From Balanoglossus misakiensis (Eukaryota; Animalia; Hemichordata): a DNA stretch of 64,000 nt. The translations under genes were made by a program, and so were the position numbers. The DNA is taken from positions 10,076,190 to 10,140,189 of the forward strand of contig CM082584.2 in assembly GCA_040954595.2 (NCBI GenBank), read 5' to 3'. The notes under the pieces are model-generated. The model was not told the origin of the DNA, searched no databases, and worked only from the letters and a program-made list of their open reading frames with translations. Of this stretch, positions 13,401-28,315 are shown in pieces. How positions within the stretch are numbered: position 1 is the stretch's first letter; each line of letters starts with the position of its first letter.

Positions 13401-16400
13401 AATGCCGAGTCGATGGTTCTCGACGACATCGTCGTTGTCATAATGAATGGCGACAGCTGCTAAGTAGTTAATGAAAGTTGGCACTTTTGAAGGTGACAAT
13501 GACAACGCCCAAAAGGTACGGCACTCTAACATATTGGCACTCGATTATAATTCAAAGAGGAGGTGTGACGTTTCCATTTTGACTTTGATCATTAGGGCCG
13601 ACTATTGACATCCTGACTGAATTAGATTTGACGCTTCTTGATCGATCACAACGTCAACATGTTATCTGTTAGGTCAAGTTAACTTCAAGATCAGCTGACT
13701 TCTCCTTAATCAGACCTAGCCTGGTCCCGTGCCCGATGTCCGCCACTGGTGGCGCTGTGCTACGTACGAGAAAGGGATCAACCTGACGTCACTGTCATGT
13801 CACTTGCCTACATCACTATCCTTTGCAAGCAAAACAGCATTTTACAATTATTACAACATATAGACAAGTTTCTTTAATACTGAGACCAGAAAAGTTGGAA
13901 TAACATTACCGAGGAGATTATTTCTGAAAGAAACTTTCCTGTAATTTCAGACCGCCAATTGAAAATATCGACCGCGAGTTGAATTTTTACATTGTAATTA
14001 AACAACGTATATCAAATAGCCGAGTCAAATCAATTGAAACCTTATTTTATTTCATGCACATGTTGGTGTAACGTCTAGACATCTCTTAAACACGGGCAGG
14101 TTGTGCTGTTCTCAATTTGAACAGAGGACGCCAGTTTTCCAGACATTGTTCTGGCTGGGCGTCCGACTGAGAAGCCCGTCGCTCGAGGCGGACACGGCTG
14201 CTATCGATAAATGGATGTACTCTCTGCATGTTTGACACCTGAGGGCGCGCACAGCCAGAAGAATCGAGAAAACGCTCTGGTGGGAATTTTACAGGATTCG
14301 AACCCAGACCAAGTGAACCAACTCAAGTACAAGCAGCAATCAAGTCCGAATGTGCATGCCTATACCACATGCACTTATTTCAGACCTACAATGACTGTTG
14401 ATTTGCATGTTAGCGGCCGTTTTCCGTCTAATTTGTTGTCTTCCAGAGAGTTGGTGGGCATTATAACAAGTGGCCGAGCTGTGCACATATTAGTGTACCG
14501 TATGTGTCAAGGTGAGGGCGCACCATCCCTGGGGATGCGGTGTGAAAGGGGGCCAGGAAATCACTTAATCCGGTCATTCATCGACTGAAACACAAGTCAT
14601 GGTTCACGTTTTTAAAAAAATCCATTCACGCCTCCCAAGGGCTGACGTCAGAAAAAATGTTTTCACAAGAGAAAGTCAGCAAGGACACCCACCCCTTTCA
14701 GCTGCAGTGTGTTTTTCACACGTTGCGGTGAAAAGACAGCTTATTTACAGAGCACTAATGAACGGATTAAAGACGACCTCTAAATCTGAGGGCAAAATAT
14801 GATGTCAGTGTATTGCCATGAACTTCAGGAACTCATTTGGCAAGTTAACTGGAAAATATCTACTGACGCCATGGCACGCTGAATCATTGAGTTCTGTTCG
14901 TGTCCGTCCCTGTATTCTGAAAGAAGTGGTGGCCAAAAAGCGATATGAACTGTCTCCCTCTTTAATACATGTGGCATTTCTTTCGTTTTTCCCCGCAATA
15001 TACGACAGCAGGAAAATTTGTTTTAAAGCCGAATAAAGAAGCGAGTATCAGTTATTCAAGACACGCACTGCTGTCTCGGTTACGTGGATTAATCGAGGGG
15101 GGATGTACTGACCAGCGGTGCAAGGACACTGTAATTATAGAGCACCTAATTGGCTCCGTTGTGATCCATGACCGGCTGTGTTATTATATTCTTGTTATGT
15201 AAAAAAAAACTCTGCGGCACAAGGGGTAATGCGGTCACTGTGATATTCAGCTTGAAAATGCCACACGCGAAGGAGAGATAAAAACCACAGTGGGGTAACA
15301 TACCCCGAGGTGGAGGCTTACATCTTGTCAATGTTCAAGAAATGTGCGCCCGCCATTATCTGGCACTGAGGAGACTCCTCGCGTTTTCGAAGCAATAATG
15401 CGCAGTCGACCCGTTTTATTAGCGATGCGCAGTGACGGATGAGTCATCGTTATCTCGTGTCCCGATTCAATGAAAAAGAATGCAAGTGGACACACCTGCG
15501 GCACGTAATATCAAATCACTACACACTGAGTGTCGTTCTCTTAAGGTCAAATTGTACATCAGACTGCGCATGTCCCAGTCAACCTTTAAATATCATAGAT
15601 GCAGTATTCATGGGAGTAAAACATTGCTGGTACAGGTAACAACCGAACAGAGACGCGAATGCTTGCCAGTAGTTGGCAGGGAATTGTGGGTAATAATATG
15701 TCGTGAGTAATTCTTGTCTTGGACTTGATCCAACTTCGAATCATGACACATGCTCAAGTTTAAGGATTGAATTGGACTTGAACTCACAATTTTCCCCGAA
15801 CAAACACTCGGCATGTCCTCAAGTTTAATGGTCTGTGTCGCCTTCATTGTGTTAAAGTGTAATTCGTTAAATTTGGTAACTTCTACCGTCAAGGATTTGT
15901 TGGCAAATAAGTTGCACAATGGCTGTGTTAAAGTTACCTTGAAATGGTGTTAATGGAACACGTTTGACAGATATACGACCCTGACAATTACTTAAATAGC
16001 AGAACAAGTTTAGAGTAAACACCCTGTGCACGGATTGCGTCCAGAAGGATGGAAATGATTTCCATATGCGTCCAGTAATATTTTATCTGGTAGAATGATA
16101 CAGCACTCTTTCTTTAGACTCCCTGCTGAGTGCGAACTTAACCCCAGCCTCTCGATAGTTTCAATATGTCATCCAATTCAGCAATTAACTTATTAAGTTC
16201 ACGTGCACCTTACTCATGAACTTTCGTCAGTTGGTCATGACCATGAAAACAAAGTACTGCAATTAAATTACGCCTTTTGAAAGTCTAAACACTTTCTCTG
16301 CATTACCCACCCTCACCTGCCAGCCACACACCCAAGGTCCTTACACAGCAGATCTTAGACCGACCGAACCACGTGACAAGACAGGTTTTAATGGGGAGCG

Positions 16401-17526
16401 AAACATCATTTGGCTTGCGAACATAATGATCATTCAAGAATAAACCGCTTTGAGATGTGTGCTGAAATGGAATACACACACAGATGTGCATTCTGCAAAT
16501 GTATCTCGGCATCCAGTCCTTCGCAAATGGAAACACGAGATTTCACCTATCATGAACGCATGTTTATTTATAAAAAGGAAATAAAAAACCAGGGCGGTGG
16601 ATTATACAGCGTTTTGAGTCAAGGCCCCCTGCCAGGTTCCTAACCTGCAAATGTTGACAATTGATAGACGACTATTAAGTATCCAAATATATTGACCTAT
16701 TAAAATGACTGTACGGCAGGGTCATGCTACCAGTCTCAATTGTTAGCTGCACTTTGATCATGATGATCACAAGGGCACACGGGATGGGAGGAGTCAGATC
16801 CAGGGGTCGAATCAGGGTCATCGAAAGTGATGTTTCGATCAGTAACACGATCTGGCCGACCCGGGACAAATTCTAAAAAAAAGTGGTATTCATATGAAGA
16901 ACGTGACCGAATAAAGAAGCGGAAAGGGCTTCTTTCTCTCTTACTGAGACAGTTGAATAAAGCATGACCTAGCACAACAGCTTACATGATGGCCAGGACA
17001 GATTCATTTATATATATTCTGAAGGACAGACAGTGGATGTCATTAACCGTCAACGCACATAGGGGGTGCCGCACTAGCACTCCTGAGCCTCCTTTGTCAC
17101 ACGTTGGGTACGGTGGGTAGCGGGACTACGCCGCATCACTCGTTGTGACGGTAAATTGCTCCCCAATTCAATTTCCAAATTTGGCCAGCGGGCAACGGGC
17201 ATATACCCATCACCGTTCGATTTCATTCCCACCCACCCCTAACCACGTCCAGATGGTATCGCCCACTTTCTCTGCCCAATCGCAGGGCCTGAAAACCGGC
17301 TACTGGCTAAAACGCGACATTTGTGGCCCTGACTGTACGTAAGGCACTGCACACAATCAGCTGTGGCTACGGACTATCGGTGGCATCTGTTTCACGGCAT
17401 TGGACTTACACCTTGTCAGTAATTAATTGCTGCGGCCAAACCCTCGTCTGACCCGCATAAAACACACGAGGATAACGCCATCGACCTAGTCACGACGCAC
17501 GGAAAATCTTCTTTCACACAGGAGAA

Positions 17527-17581
17527 ATGGCACTGTCTGTGTGGTTAGTCGCAGTGATTCTCGTACAAATTTATTCACAAG
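17527..17581 (+). CDS. Candidate distal signal-peptide exon (MALSVWLVAVILVQIYSQ, phase 1), possibly an alternative first coding exon of M28 peptidase 1
   Basis: Acceptor ttctttcacacag ends at 17521, ATG at 17527, hydrophobic signal-like peptide, donor G|gttagt at 17582. Phase 1 matches the peptidase exon beginning at 25158. Confidence 0.45.
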
Positions 17582-19820
17582 GTTAGTAAATTTTAAAACC
17601 CTTTGAATTTTTTTTAGAGAGAAGATGAACGGGAGGGGCATTCGATGAGTGAGTAAGCTTGATAAGAGCTTAAAGCATCACGATTGACATGAAGTCTCTA
17701 GAACACGAATCAATGTCATTTGAGACCTGAACCTTTAATCCGCTCTCATAGCCTTGTTTCAAACGTATCTCTAGGCCTATTAGTATTAAATATAAGCATC
17801 TGCACTTTTTATGAAACGTTATAGCTGATATCAACTTAGCATGCACGGATGGGTGTAACTGGACAAGTGTATATTTCTATCTGTACATGTCGCGCACACT
17901 GCGGCCGCCTCTGTTGGTGTTGCCCCACACATTGATAAACTTATAAGTTGATTCCTCGGGCACCGAGAATAGGGTTTTTGCCGTGACATTAATGACTGCG
18001 ATTAGTGTCCCAGATTATCATCAGATGTTCTTTGACAAAGCAGTGCACACACACAAGAGGCACGGCAGACATAATTGAAAGTGACAGACAGAGACTTGTT
18101 GATTCGAAAAGAATGCTTGGTGCAAAGACCATGAAATCATCCAGACGTTGGCGTAACCCCGTGACACAGGTTACATTTCCGTGCGCTGTGTGTGCGTGCT
18201 TTATGACAACAAAGCTTTTGATTGAATGATGGGAACTGTCTTTAACAACATCAACACCGAGTTGCTTTAATGTCAATAGCTGGTTGTTTGCCAGTCATTG
18301 ACTCGCGCACTCGAGAGGTTAAAGATCGACGGGTAATATACAGACCCGACTCATAAAAGCGCTCTTTGAGTCTGCATGAAAAAAACCAACCGTTGCTTTG
18401 AGTTTACACGAATAATGGGCCCAAGCAAACAGGGGGTCAAGGGTCGTCCCGTTTACCCCTCGGCAGTCACATTGACACACAAAGTAGCTGTTTGTGTGGG
18501 CAGATCGCTCACATATGTTCATGAGCTTGCGCATGTACATATTGCAATCCAAATATTACATGTGCTGAGACTATCTGCAGCTAAAATCAACTCAGTCACT
18601 GCGGCACAGACAATCATGCGAGGACACAGCAACTTGGACAGAATTCAAAGATTTCAAATTGTTAGAAGGTCACCACAAGCTCTTTTAAACAGACAAGAGC
18701 GTATATGTATTGATGAGATAGGGATGAGTCACGTGAGATAATCCATGCAATTAGAGAGAAAATATTCTAAGTACTGGCTAACATGCTCTCTGCGTGCGTC
18801 AGTTTTGAAACATATACGCCACTTTTTGATTTCTTCTGAACGAATTTGTTCGAAAATCGAACTCGTATTTCGTTCCCTTTCATGACCCCTTTGTCTCAGC
18901 CTAATGTATGCCCCTCTGTAAGTAAGTCGGGTTGCCTTGGTGACGCATTGTTTTAGTGGATGAGTCATTGTCCTTAAAAGTCTGTGTGTGCGAAAAAAAA
19001 GTCCTCCTAATTCAAGTTTATTGCATCATGAATTTGGGGTATCAGAATGGTCATCACTGGGCATTTCTCACTCATCAGATATTAGCGATGGGATTAGGTA
19101 TAGAATGGGAAATTAGAGCGTTACATGTACTTAGAAAATTATGTAGTAGTTACACGTTACGATGTTGTATGCATGTCATGATATAGCAATGTCACGTCTG
19201 ACGTTCAACCCTCAGTGCTTGCATGCATAAAGCACATCACTAAAATGCGTTCGTTAGAGATTAAAACTACTTATCATGGATAGGTTTGAATCACGTATGA
19301 TGGTTACAGAATATACCATGAGAGCGTACATGTCCTCGTAAGCGCATTCATCTGTGCCAACTAAAGATATAATTTCGATAATCTGACCTTAGCGTGGCCA
19401 GACATGTATGACGTGTGCTAGCTCCTTCACTATTAGTTGCATTCGTGCAAGACTTCGGTGTTCTTCTAAGATGTACAGATTATTATCCGCCATTATTAAG
19501 TAACAGCCGTCAATAACATTACTCCATAACGGAAACTATTATCCTCAGAATTATTACACATCAAAAGTGTAGACTAAACACGATGTGGTGTATAGTCATA
19601 AAACATTACAACAATATGCCACGTTTCCTACCCTCGAAACATCAATGATTTTTTTAAGTTGATACATGTCATCTGCTTGTGCGTCCAAATGATATTTCCT
19701 CGTCTAGTACTTTGGAGCTGTCGCTAGACTACTTGCCATAGTCATTTACTATCTCGTCATGCGATATGTGACGACACAGTGTATATCTGCCTGCATGGTC
19801 ATTACACTGTACACGATATA

Positions 19821-20026
19821 CTGTAAAACACTTTATTTTCGCAAGTTGAAATTTTCGCGGTATCGAGAGACGCCACTGTTTGCGTGTATTAATGTTCGCG
19901 TTCTCTTTTTTCATGCACTGCATCGTTATCTTCAAAAAAATGTACGCGACATTTTATTTTCACGCTATTTCGGCTCTCGCGTATTTTGCGAAAATTTATT
20001 GCTTGCGAAAATGAAGTTTTTTACAG
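19821..20026. mobile_element. TA-flanked MITE (Tc1/mariner-type), copy 1
   Basis: TA|CTGTAAAACACTTTATTTTCGCAAG ... CTTGCGAAAATGAAGTTTTTTACAG|TA: imperfect TIR of about 25 bp with a TA duplication. Confidence 0.75.
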
Positions 20027-20275
20027 TATTTCATGCCCTTTACAAAGCCCCACCTTCCGTGAACCTCTGGCTTCCGTCAAAAACAGTTATTAGCCAGATG
20101 TTCATGGAGTTGAGTGGTGAAGTTTTAATTTCATGCATAAATGTAACTTACACGTACCTTCCTCGTGCCTTTCCCCGATTGGTCAGTTCTCGATTGATGG
20201 GTTTCTTGAGCTTCAGTCCAATGTTGTAATTGTACGAATATCATCTCGCATGGTCATTACACTGTACACGATATA

Positions 20276-20479
20276 CTGTAAAACATTTTATTTTCGCAAG
20301 TTGAAATTTTCGCGGTATCGAGAGACGCCAGTTTGCGTGTATTAATGTTCGCGTTCTCTTTTTTCATTCACTGCATCGTTATCTTCAAAAAAATGTACGC
20401 AACCTTTTATTTTCACGCTATTTTGGCTCTCGCGTATTTTGCGAAAATTTATTGCTTGCGAAAATGAAGTTTTTTACAG
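20276..20479. mobile_element. TA-flanked MITE, copy 2 (copied by the tandem duplication)
   Basis: Same TIRs and same flanking sequence as 19821-20026. Confidence 0.75.
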
Positions 20480-23400
20480 TATTTCATGCCCTTTACAAAG
20501 CCCCACCTTCCGTGAACCTCTGGCTTTCTTCAAAACAGTTATTAGCCAGATGTTCTCGGAATGAGTGGTGAAGTTTTAATTTCTTGGGAATGTATAAATG
20601 TAACTTACATGTACCTCTTTCGTGCCTTTCCCTGATTGGTCGGTTTTCTATTGACGGGTTTCTTGAGCTTCAGTCCAATGTAGTAGTTGTACGAATATCA
20701 TTCTCTATTCCCGGAACACTTCCCCTGCAGAGGTTAATATGAATTAGAGTTATCATTCGTTTTAATCCTGTAGCTATCAATACTCTGCCCGCAATACATA
20801 ACTAACTAAATTTTCATGGCTGGCCGAGGGCATTTACTGTAATCACTTCTGACTTTAACCTTGCGGCGGTTTTCACACTGCATCTCTCGGATAATAATCT
20901 AATACCAGACACATATCATATATCAAATTATTAATGTTATCGTAAGAGGAAAAAAATTCACAAAGTGAATGCTAAATATTCTCTTGGCTATTTTTAACTG
21001 TGCTGATTAATTTGGGGTGTAGAGAAGACGACACATGACGTTGGTGTTACTGAATTTCACCAACGATGTGAAATCGCGTGTGAAACCAAAAACCATTCCG
21101 AGGCCACGCAGGATTTGGCTGCGTTTTTGTCTAAATATTTGTCAAAAGTGGAAACATCACTAGTTTCAAAATACCGCTGTCTGGTCTAACCGAGAGCTGA
21201 TTTGATTTCCTTTCGTATTTATCCATCCGACATAGCAAACGCGCTGTTTCCTGTCGGTGGACAAAAGTCTATATCGCTTTATTTTTTTCAGACGACAGAA
21301 TCTGAGCTGAAAGTTATAGTTTCACAGTATGCATCGGAGTTTCGCCCCGGATACATCTTGACACGCTCGTATGAACTCTCGACAATGACTCACAAACTTT
21401 TTGTGCCAATTATGTCTTTTTAAAGTTCAATACGGCCAATTGTTTCGGTGATAGATTGTAGTATACCGCTGTTGTACATCGAAACACCGTGTACGTTAAA
21501 CATTCATGTACCTATAGGGATTCGCTTCAGCTGTCACGGAAATATGATAGTGTCGTGTTTTGCATAGTGTGTTGATTATTTATTTTCTCGCCGTCGGTTT
21601 ATTGTTTCCTTATTCTCCTCGTTAAAGATCGCGACCACACTACCGCTAAACGGCTACGGTGATTTCAAAACAAATAGTTCAATTTACTACAGACACAAAA
21701 TCTTTGCTGTTGATACTGTAGCATCCGTGTGCATCTGTTCCAAGGACAATCAGGGCAGGAGCGAGCACTTTTGAGCAATCATGCCGGGCACACTGAAGCC
21801 ATTAACTTTGTATCTAGACGTGTGTAGCCTGCGATTAATTGTACATCGATATGTCGCGGCGGAGTTTGAATGGATCGCTTTCTTGTCCAAATTTAAGGTT
21901 TAATATGCAAGTATCACACAGAAAAGAATGCGACAGAAGCATGTTGGATGGAGGTGGGTTATGGGGTTATCCCGTATCGGAATGATTAGTAACGGATCGT
22001 GACTGAGCTAATTCAATTTGGAAATGTTATATCTCTGGCGAGAGATCGGGTTTTCTTCATGTCATGTCGGTCTTGCAATATTTGAAAAATAACAGGTCGC
22101 TCTGAGCGTGGCATTGTATATTGCTTCAACTCAAAGACACAAGCACCTTCACGTGTACATAGCTATAACTCAACAGGTTTTTGTTGCTCTGAGCCGTTGC
22201 TTAAGCTATGTAAGTACGCTAGTGTGATGACGGATCTGTATTTTGACCTGACAGTAACCTTTCAGGAAGTACAAATCAAGTACGTTGTATAGTGGCGGCG
22301 GAGAGAATAATTTATGCGGTGTAAACCACACAGTGTACTATTGCTTGGCCAATTTCAGATTCAGCGCATGACTGACTCGTGAAATAATAACACGTTTGTC
22401 GGGACATGGCGGCAAAAACTGTCATTGATTTGACGGACTTCCTATTTTAATGTTACTGCTGACACATTCTTTGTAAAATGTATCATATATTTCCTTTTAT
22501 GTTGTTCGCTTGTGTGCCTGTATCCCAATCAATTACTGTATATGACCCGGTAAAGAAAAACGTGAATGCACGTCATGTACAGACGACAAACATTACACTT
22601 TTAAATAATACGAGTGTCTGTGGTTAACGACAGTTTCATGTCTGGATTTTGATGGGTATGGCAATGTGATCCGGCAGCTCTCTATAATGTATTTCTCGTT
22701 TAATATACAAATCAGAATAGCCAAGCACATTTAGATGATGATGACGATGTTTGATGTCTGATTTGTACACACGGTTCGTAAAGTGCACTGATGGTGGGCG
22801 TCGGACATGAACTTAGGCACTCAGTGAGTAATACATGAACTTTAACCACCAAAATTAAATTCTGACACGCGGTGATGTCCAACTCATTGGGCATATACAA
22901 TTTCATCGCGGCAGGATGGCATTTTAAGCTGCACGAATAATTTTATCAAGTCGTGGGAATTTGTCGTATAATACAGAAAGTCTGAGTCGTGCCTATACTA
23001 GTAGTCAATTTGCACAACAGCATAAGGCTGTCTATATCTTACTTGTATTCACCTCGTACACTGCGAGGTTTCTGCGGGTATTTTTGTCATTCATTTAAAA
23101 ATAGATGAACGGTGGTGCAATATGACTTTGACACACAAATAGAGATGGCGGTCGTGTATGCCACAAATACTTATGGCGGCCATGTGTGTGACACCATAAG
23201 GCCAAAAAGTGTCATTATTAGCAAGATCAGTCTGCAGTCTTTTGTGTCGTTTCTGAAATTACGTCATCCTGTCCTGTCGTCTTTGTGTGTACGGTCATGC
23301 TGGACACTGATAAATGGTCTAATGTAATCTTCGTCAAACTTTTGGAATCTGCACGATGTGAACCTTAACCAGTCGCGTCGGCTTCTTTGGGCAAAATAAG

Positions 23401-24102
23401 ACATGCCATAAAGGCGAGACCTGTGTTGTGTGTTTTTTTTTCAAGGGAAAAGAAGGTGAAATGTGTTTGTTATTTTGTGGCGCAAACGTGTAAATACGAG
23501 TACATATATACACGAGCAAACCCATGATCATTTCAGACTAAGTTGGTTCATTAAAAAACGTGTGGTTTGCTACCTTTTAATCGGAAGCTTCACGGCTTTT
23601 GTCTCATGCATATCGTGCTGGATGTCGAGTTTTGTCAGTCTCAAGCACGAAGTGTAAACATGTAAACAGTTCCACGATACAGTTTTCTCAGTGTTCGCGC
23701 CCACTTTTTGTTATCAGTGTGTGCACACGTCCAGGGTATCACTTTCGTCGGAACCGACCGGTTCAGTAACCGCGCAGTGAACCGATAAGGGTTCTGTCGG
23801 CACGTTGACTCTTCCCCTAGAGTGCCATTTTCCCACAGAATGGGTTTACAATGATGAGTAGACCCAACCCTTTTGCCTGTAAGCAGCCTCACAAAGGGAT
23901 CAGTCAGTATACCACGAGCGCAGAGGCAACGAGCTCGTAATGTTTACTTGCACGACGAGCTGCACAAATCCGCGGTCAAAGACTGAAGACACGTTTGAGA
24001 TGTCTTAAGTTCTTTAATTACGAGAATATGTGGGCGTGAAATGTTGTAGTTTTGCGTTTGGATAATTAGTAATTATCATGACCCGCGAAAGTCCACCACA
24101 AG

Positions 24103-24180
24103 TATATCACACATATCGCATCACATCATGTCATATCATATATCATATCCCATATTATGTTACATCATATCATGATATCG
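24103..24180. repeat. Degenerate (CATAT/CATGT)n pentanucleotide microsatellite
   Basis: tatcacacatatcgcatcacatcatgtcatatcatatcatatcccatattatg... Confidence 0.6.
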
Positions 24181-24632
24181 CAAAACCATGCCATACATGT
24201 ATTTGTACATTGAAATTGTCTCTTCAGTGATGACATATTTCCACGGACTACCAGCGCATATTTCTACGATGAGGTAAATCCTACGACAGATGTATCAGTA
24301 GTCAACACCTGGGCCCATGATGTAATCGCCTTCAATTGTCGAAAAGCGGTTACGTCCAGCGCAAACAATGGTGTCCTTCATTTATTGTTGAAAGGTTGGT
24401 TTGATCCAGTCCAGTGCAAAGAACTCGGTTTATATAGAGTCGACTCTGGACTGATTCAAAACAAACTGAGTGTGCAAATCATCAAGGTCTTCCAGTATCT
24501 ACCAAACACCAAACTCTCCGCTCGGACACCAAGGCCATAATCCACCAAGACAGCTTAATCGGCCACAGCTCGCCGTGTATACTACTGTTCAGGCATCGAC
24601 TCCTCGCCGAGGTTTGGCACTGAGCTTATAAC

Positions 24633-27600
24633 ATGTCGATAATCGCGCCATTAATTTTTGTCTACGCCGCCCTTGTTAACGGTAAGGCATACTGTTTAGC
24701 CGATCATTCAGAGCACGTTCTCCGTCAGTGAGTTTGATTGAGCGCTCTGGTGACCTTACATAAGGACAACAAATCAACACCACTTTATGACGACTTCAGA
24801 AGTCCCTGAAATTCGATGGGGCTCACAAGATCACCTACTTAAGACACTCCAAAGCCCATTACGTCCAATTTACGTCTTCCAAGGAACAATGGTCGACTAT
24901 AGCACATGTTTTTGTTTTGCCCACAAAAATCTGTTAAAAGTATTTGCCGAGTTCAGACAAATAGACCATTTTCTGAACTCCAAGAGAAGTTGCGAGGTAT
25001 CGCGTGGCTAGGCAGTTTATATGAGAGGACATTCTCATATCAATAATGAAAAGGTAAACAGTGACAAACAGATTCAGTCGCTACATACACAAGCACTTAC
25101 TCCAGCTCTTCCAAGCCACTAATATATCCACCATTTAATCTCCTCTCAATCTCACAGATCTGTACGTGAAATGCCAGACCCAGGTCACCATCAGCAAAAC
25201 AGAAGCCCAGCTTCCCGTGTACAACGAGACCGCCGAGATTCTGCGGGAAAATCTGGCCGAATACTTCAGTACACCACGACACCATTTGGCACCGCAGTTC
25301 AAGCAGAGGGCAAAAGATTTCATCTGGGATTCTTTCCTTAATTACGGGATGAGAGTGGAAAATCAGACATTTGAAACGGAAAATAAAATGGTAAGTGGCA
25401 ATTATACGTGCATAATATCCGGGCGGGGGAGGGGGATTTAAACCATAATCTGATTATGATCTAGTTGAGCAAATGTGTCATCACGTGATTCTCCTCAATT
25501 TGTCAAGCCTTGCACCGAGGGACCGTCTCATCCAAAGTGTCTGCATCATCGCCGCCATGTATAACCTTAACAACAGAGCATATAGCAAAGTGGGATTGGA
25601 CAATGTTGTGCACAGTGGGTAACAACACAACACAAGACCTCTATTTATATAGTTGAAGTGCATTGACATGCTTCCATTGCATGTAGATTTAAGCCAGCAT
25701 TTTGAAGAGCAAAGACGAGGAGAATACTTTTTATCTGACAGGCTCGAGTGGCCGAGTTTTGTAAGTGGGGAGGGGGGTGAGTCACTTCCGCTGATGAAGA
25801 GAATATCGTTCCAGGAATGACGCAGACATCTACCGTAATTTTAAGCATTGACTTATGTCAGCAAGATACGTGTACCAGGGTACATGCAATTAGCTAGCTA
25901 CATACTCCCATCTAGAATTCTAGAATTTACTAAAACTACAATCTATACATTGGCGAACATAAAGGGTATATAACGCATACGTGACAGTATTATGCGTCGT
26001 CATAGACAGTGACCCTACTGTCTGTGGTATCCTACACATAGCAATCAAACTGATATCCACGTATTCCCATCACGTATTGTTCATTTTCGGGTCGTTGCAC
26101 TAGACGCGAGGAGAAAGATTGTAGTAACCCTTCTATAGTAAAGGCTAGGAAAGTGTTATTGAATCAGCTTTTACGATGGTGGGGTAATATAGAAAGGCGG
26201 GGTAGGCTGCATTTCGCGGAATTTCAATTATATTATTTTTCGTTGGACGTGATGTCGATTTTTCCATTTACATAAATGTGTTTCGTCATTCTTTGTTAGC
26301 AAAACTGTCACTCTAGCCTTCAATTAATCAATACATGAAGTCTCATATCCCCCTTTTCTTGCAGTATCCTGGTGACAACATAATCGGTATCGTTGAGGGC
26401 GAATACGCCGGCACCTCCAAAGACAAGATTACACTCGTGGGGGCGCACTACGACACAAACAGAAACACAAACGGAGTGGACGACAACGGTTCGGGTGTTG
26501 CCGCCATGCTTGAAGTCGCCAAAGAGCTGACGAAGAGGGAGTGTAAACATAAATACACAACGATATTCGTGGCTTTCGACATGGACGAAACTGAACAAGG
26601 TAAACTTTATGATCTCTCAATTAACTTGCATCAAACCATACACGAACAAGTTTTGTTCAGTGCTTTGGTAAAGGCATCATTTAATATTAATATATTTTGT
26701 CTTTGCAGCGGATTCCATATCGGCGTGTTTCAGTCGAATAACGTGCGGTTGTTCATCGTTCTTGTCAAACTGGCTCTACCCGTACCTCGAAAAGGCAGAC
26801 GATCCCAAGATGCACGGCGCCATCATACTGGAGTCCATTATGAACTTTGACGACAACGAGAACACGCAAGATATCCAGCACTATAGAGTGAGTGGTCACA
26901 TGACCTTGTGGCCCTTGATATTTTAATCATACATGTCAAAAGTGGATTCCAAATACACGTATATGAAGCATGCGTTCGTTTTGTTAATTGCAACGTTGGG
27001 GGCGTTTTTCAGAATTTTATTTAACTAGCAGACGACCCAACCGCAACTTATTTTGGCTATTATCATTCGCAGAATTTCGAGAATATCGGAGACATTGAAG
27101 CCAATGGTTACAAGGGAGACTTCCTTGGACTAATCAGCAGGAAAGCTGATGCCGATTTGGCCAGCGTCATTGTAGAAAATTGGCGGACATTACCGGAACA
27201 GAAGTACAAGATTCAAAATCTACAACTCAATATTGAAGGTACCTTCTAGCTTATTTATGACAAATAACTACGGTATAGATTCGTTCGATTCGTGGTTTTT
27301 GGGGGTATGAGCAATGCAACGGATGCATTCCTGATATTTTATCATCAGAGTCGATCTAGTTGAATGTTTCAAGATTCGCGATTCATGTCTGGTGAAAGGG
27401 AAATATTTATTCTGGATAGTTTGTTATCTGCTTGTTAATGTTATATCTGATGCTACATCCAATTGTCTCAGTCACTACTCTCCCGTCTTGGCTTTGCGCT
27501 ATATTGAATCACGATGTCTCGATCTTGCATCTTAAGGAGTTCCAACGGTCTACGATCAAACAATGCACTCCTATTTCATGCAAAGCGAGCATTTTAACTT

Positions 27601-28315
27601 CTGGAACGAGGACGGTATGAAAGCTGTTTACCTGACCGACACCCGTAAGTAATCGTACAACTTTTTTTTATTATTATGATGGGTACGGCTAAGCTGAGTT
27701 TGGATGGGACATAATTCATTACATCATCAAGTTATTTACACCTACTGGAACTCTACTCTACCTACTGGTCTTCACTTCCCGCAGACCGTACAGAAAAGGA
27801 ACACGTATTTCGAGAGAGAATATTTGTATAATTCCTCCCCATCCTCAGCACATGCAGTATTCACTTTTTTCCCCTTTCTCATTTCAAGGTGAGGCCCGCG
27901 GTATAATGAAGGAATGTTACCACGACCCTTGCGACAACCTGGACCGCCTCACCGACGATAAACTGCGCTTCCTGGCCAAGACTGTCCGTACCCTAACAAA
28001 CTCACTGCACGACTTGAGGCAGACTGATTTTGATACATGTAAACCAGGTGAAGTAGCCCATTTTTGGCCAAATTCACATTATTACAGGAACTATGCTATT
28101 TTACACCTCATTTTCTTACAAATGTGATATCCAGCTCTGTCAATTGCTAGATCAATGCTTAATGATCGTATCAATTTTACTATACAGAACTGAAACCAAA
28201 CGATGACCTTGATCTTGTCGTGCAGACTGGTCATCTGGGCTCCGGAACAGGAAACGTCCTGCCGAACATTGGTCTAATCACCATGGTAGCCCTCGCCTTG
28301 AAGACAGCGTTTTAA
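24633..28315 (+). CDS. M28-family zinc metallopeptidase 1 (aminopeptidase-like), secreted and probably GPI-anchored; about 418 aa, 8 coding exons
   Basis: Exons 24633-24681, 25158-25390, 26365-26599, 26709-26887, 27073-27238, 27537-27644, 27889-28047 and 28188-28315; all GT-AG and in frame (1257 nt). Signal peptide MSIIAPLIFVYAALVN; M28 motifs VGAHYDT, GVDDNGSGVAAMLEVA, FVAFDMDE, IILES, QSEH, CYHDPCD; C-terminal hydrophobic tail (GSGTGNVLPNIGLITMVALALKTAF*). Confidence 0.9.

Larger units (their letters stand above)
19793..20701. repeat. Tandem duplication of about 455 bp (19793-20244 and 20248-20701)
   Basis: Both copies start gcatggtcattacactgtacacgatatactgtaaaac and end gtacgaatatcat, with scattered substitutions and small indels. 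Confidence 0.9.

Noticed and set aside
11400-13441. Possible small minus-strand secreted-protein gene (ORFs 13229-13441 and 11400-11729)
   Set aside because: There is a hydrophobic N-terminal stretch, but I found no convincing in-phase acceptor and no recognisable domain.
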